Source: an uncultured Thermococci archaeon (lineage in GTDB: Archaea > Methanobacteriota_B > Thermococci > Methanofastidiosales > B48-G16). Taken from it: a stretch of 64,000 bases of DNA. Below, one piece after another: positions 60,849-64,000 of the stretch; the first letter of the stretch is position 1, and each line of letters begins with the position of its first letter. The DNA lies in the NCBI GenBank assembly GCA_964595645.1, contig CAZQQT010000004.1:128001-192000 (forward strand), given 5' to 3'. Below the pieces are notes generated by a model, which saw only the letters and a program-made list of their open reading frames with translations, searched no databases and was not told the DNA's origin. The position numbers were made by a program, and so were the translations under genes.

Positions 60849-61636
60849 TGCGGATTAAATTTTTAGATATCGTCATCCTTCTCCTAATTACACTCTCTCT
60901 TTTTTCATATTTCTTACAGTACGGCACATACGAACAGAAAGAACGATTGGAGTACTCTGGATCACAGATTTTTAAAGCGGTGAAAGATTTTGAAAACTAC
61001 ACGAGCAAGGGGTTCGCTTACCACGTCACCGTCACCGGGAGGGTAAACATGGACGACTCCCCCGTGGAGATCACCGGTATTGTCACCGAGACGGGGAGGG
61101 GAAACTTCGTACTCAAAACGCCCCAGGGAAACCAGTATACCGTAGGGGGTGTCATGAGCTACGAGGAGGATATCGCCGCGAAAACCATGGTGATGACCGT
61201 TGAAAACAAATCCACCGTGTTCTACGAGGCAACACCAGTAGAAACAACCAGTTTTGAGGCGCTGTACTCCTATGTGACGGAAACATCGTCGTTCATGGAG
61301 TACAAAGGGATCTACGATATCGCCATCTCCGGCGAGTTCACCATTATCCCGGGGGAGGAGGCATTCGCTCCGCGAATCAACGATACACTCACACATCACA
61401 TCATCGCCTGTAAGGGGATCCATCTCGATGGACACACCCTCACACTGGTCCAATGCAGTATCGACGAGCTACAATCCCTCGCAGCACTCCTGTCATCGGA
61501 AAAAATTTATACCGGGGATTTCTGGGTTGTTATCCGCACAGAAGAAGAAATCGAAGAGCTGGAAAAGTATGCTATCAAGCGTGAGGACGACGACACCCCC
61601 GCGATATATAAGGATTCCATCCATATCAGGTTATAA
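60845..61636 (+). CDS. Membrane-anchored hypothetical protein
   Basis: N-terminal TM; operon coupling. Confidence 0.65.
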   Translation: MMRIKFLDIVILLLITLSLFSYFLQYGTYEQKERLEYSGSQIFKAVKDFENYTSKGFAYHVTVTGRVNMDDSPVEITGIVTETGRGNFVLKTPQGNQYTVGGVMSYEEDIAAKTMVMTVENKSTVFYEATPVETTSFEALYSYVTETSSFMEYKGIYDIAISGEFTIIPGEEAFAPRINDTLTHHIIACKGIHLDGHTLTLVQCSIDELQSLAALLSSEKIYTGDFWVVIRTEEEIEELEKYAIKREDDDTPAIYKDSIHIRL

Positions 61637-61637
61637 C

Positions 61638-63266
61638 ATGATTGAGGAGTATTTTGAGCAATTAGCTGCGCGCATCCGTCATTCATACACGAAGAGTAAA
61701 TTCTCCCGTATCGGAGATCGTTTTTTCTCGTGGGTCACATCGTTTCCGCCGTTACGATACGTTGGATCGCGCGACATCCCGACAAAATACTTCCACCCCC
61801 TCATCTTCGTAGTCTTGTTCCTCGTGTTCTTGGGACTCTCCGACAGCCCACTGTCTTCGTACGGAACACTAACCGTGTTCCTGGGACTCGGCGCATTTAT
61901 CCTTGGCACGGTGGTGCGATTTCGTGAGATACGTCTTCCAGAGAAGCTCTTTTACCCTCTTGTCATCGCTTTTTTTGCGTGTATGGCACTGATGTCCTTC
62001 GACTGGAGCATCTTCTCAAAGCTCGGCCTCATTCCCTTCACACTGATCTATTTCTCTCAAAAACGGTACTCCTTTGAAATTTACTTGACATCCTTCATTG
62101 TGTTCATACTCCTCTTCTTCAGAGTAGGCTACTGGGCGATTACCGTCCCCTACGTTTTTGTCTCGCTCATTTTCATGGCACGGTCGCTGAAGTACAATGA
62201 ACAGTACCACATGGAAAAACTGAAACACTCCCTGCTCCTCTTCGCCTTCCTCCTCCCCTTCAGCCAGTACCCCTCCATCGTCCCCTTCATTCTCACCTTC
62301 TGGATCTTCCTCTTCATCTACTACCTCGTCACCCTCGTAGTTGTGGGGAGCCATGGGACTCTCCACGACATCATCACGGGGAACCTCTGGACGCTGACCG
62401 TCCTCCTCATTGGTATCGGCACGCTGTACTGGGCGCTCGATCTGCTCGCCTACGGGGGGATCCCTCTCCTGCAGCCGCTGGGACGGGGGACACTCAACCC
62501 CTGGTACACCATGGCCGCCCACCTCCTCCCCCTCGGCACGATCCTTCTCGTCTCGCTCACCGGCATCGAGATGGAGAACACCCGGGCGCGGTGCGTCTCG
62601 TTGGTGTTCGTCACCGTGGCACTGCTCACCATGGCCGCTCTGGGGTACAGGACACAGATCGCGTTGATCGTCCTCGGCGTGCTCATTGCCGCCGGGTTCA
62701 CTAAATTAGTTACATTAGAAGAGATCACCGTCCTCGGCGGTCTCGGTGCCGCTGGACTCATCGCGATGACCGCGTTGCGGAACATCATCCTGCAGACAAC
62801 GATCTCGGTGATAGACGCTGTGCGGTACAGAATCGGTCTCACACTCACCAGCTACGATATTCTCGCAGATCTCGGTGGAATCAAGGGATTCACCCACGGA
62901 TTTGTCCATATGGCCTCGTACCCACCACTGGCAAACCTGATGCCAGGCATCGCCTACTCTCCCAGACGGTACATCGGTGTGATCGTGGGTGCGGAGAACG
63001 TCTCCATCACCTCAACGATTATGGGCCCCCTCGTTATCGACTTCGGAATTCTCGGTGTGGTTGCCGGGATGTTCTTTCTAGGATACCTCCTCTCAAAGAC
63101 GCACAGACTCATTGAAAAGACAGATGGAAGAGAGAAGGCCCTGTTCATTGGCCTCTACGCGGTGCTCCTCGGGTACACCATCACCGGCATAGAAACGGGC
63201 CTTGTGGACTTTGAGGTGCTGCTCGTCTTCTTCCTGAGCTTTCTCTACGTCCTCTACCGGGATTAA
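61638..63266 (+). CDS. Archaeal putative oligosaccharide repeat-unit polymerase (PF01901-like)
   Basis: GGIPL...R, LGYRT, GFTHG and PRRYIG...SITSTIMGPLVIDFG motifs; ATG at 61638. Confidence 0.7.
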   Translation: MIEEYFEQLAARIRHSYTKSKFSRIGDRFFSWVTSFPPLRYVGSRDIPTKYFHPLIFVVLFLVFLGLSDSPLSSYGTLTVFLGLGAFILGTVVRFREIRLPEKLFYPLVIAFFACMALMSFDWSIFSKLGLIPFTLIYFSQKRYSFEIYLTSFIVFILLFFRVGYWAITVPYVFVSLIFMARSLKYNEQYHMEKLKHSLLLFAFLLPFSQYPSIVPFILTFWIFLFIYYLVTLVVVGSHGTLHDIITGNLWTLTVLLIGIGTLYWALDLLAYGGIPLLQPLGRGTLNPWYTMAAHLLPLGTILLVSLTGIEMENTRARCVSLVFVTVALLTMAALGYRTQIALIVLGVLIAAGFTKLVTLEEITVLGGLGAAGLIAMTALRNIILQTTISVIDAVRYRIGLTLTSYDILADLGGIKGFTHGFVHMASYPPLANLMPGIAYSPRRYIGVIVGAENVSITSTIMGPLVIDFGILGVVAGMFFLGYLLSKTHRLIEKTDGREKALFIGLYAVLLGYTITGIETGLVDFEVLLVFFLSFLYVLYRD

Positions 63267-64000
63267 GACTCGTCTCCCGCAGGAACGACCTCGAGATGGA
63301 TCTCCCGTTCGTCCATCACAAACTCCTTCCAGAGGAGCTCCACCGTCAGCACATACTCCACGCGGGTGCTGCCAGGGGCGAGATCGCTGGTGAGATAAAA
63401 AGTCTTTCTGATCTCCTCGTTGTACAGGAGCGACTCATCGATATGGTAGACGTACAGTCCATCGATTTCTTCGATGCCCTCTCTGTCCACGGTGTAGTAC
63501 TTGTATCCCGAGGTGAACTGGATGGTGAGGTTCTCAATGCCGATCTTTTCTTTGTTCTTCACAGCCACTGAGATATACTTCGTCGACTTCGCGCCAACTT
63601 TCATCTCGCTGGGCGTAATCTCCTGTATCACGACCTCAGGTTTTTTCACGGTGATCGCCACATCCTTGGTCGTTCGTTCCTCCGACTGCACCACGATGGT
63701 GAGTATTACCTCCTGTGCGGTCTTTTCCACATTTTTGGCGCGTATTTCTGTGGTAAAACTGCCCGCACCGCCGGCATCGAGCGTCTCGGTGAAGGTGGCA
63801 TTTGTATCTACGTACTGTGATTCTATGGAGATGTCACACGTCCTCTGCTCCTCTGTGGTGTTTCGCACCGTGAACGTGAGTGTTCCCGCCTCCCCCACGA
63901 GGATCTCCTTGGGCGTTTCCTGTACCGTGATTTCCATCTCGCTCTCTTTCGTCATGGTCGTATACACGTAGTACGCTCCAATCACGAGGCAGATGAGGAT
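63263..64000 (-). CDS. Membrane-anchored Ig-like domain protein (5'-truncated by the window edge)
   Basis: LTFTVRNT...; ISVAVKN; frame open to the window edge. Confidence 0.6.
   Translation of the reverse strand: MLICLVIGAYYVYTTMTKESEMEITVQETPKEILVGEAGTLTFTVRNTTEEQRTCDISIESQYVDTNATFTETLDAGGAGSFTTEIRAKNVEKTAQEVILTIVVQSEERTTKDVAITVKKPEVVIQEITPSEMKVGAKSTKYISVAVKNKEKIGIENLTIQFTSGYKYYTVDREGIEEIDGLYVYHIDESLLYNEEIRKTFYLTSDLAPGSTRVEYVLTVELLWKEFVMDEREIHLEVVPAGDES

Overview
Archaeal chromosomal region. Archaeal-type gene families and TATA-like promoters point to a Thermococci-related lineage such as Theionarchaea or Methanofastidiosia; this assignment is inference only. The centre (~14.3-47.7 kb) is a large surface-glycan locus with nucleotide-sugar enzymes, glycosyltransferases, a flippase, DUF2304 and DUF1616. 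Inside it lies an AT-rich, mosaic ~21 kb island (~20.4-41.8 kb) carrying a complete early phosphonate pathway: cytidylyltransferase-PepM fusion, Ppd, a LicC/PntC-like cytidylyltransferase, an Fe-dependent phosphonoacetaldehyde reductase and a LicD transferase. The island also encodes a B12-binding radical SAM enzyme. The likely product is a 2-hydroxyethylphosphonate-decorated glycan. Both flanks (0-14 kb and 45-58.6 kb) are dense toxin-antitoxin clusters with many decayed modules (MNT-HEPN, AbiEi/AbiEii, PIN/VapBC, RelBE, DUF4258-YgiT, DUF5678-protease). The flanks share homologous fragments, contain direct repeats of 27-310 bp bracketing individual modules, and mostly show broken toxins next to intact antitoxins. 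Two paralogous PQQ-like beta-propeller/PEGA surface proteins bracket the glycan locus in inverted orientation. A ~200 nt multi-hairpin non-coding element lies at ~49.75-49.95 kb. No tRNA, rRNA, CRISPR array, integrase or intact transposase was recognised. All family calls come from motif recognition by eye, not from database searches.
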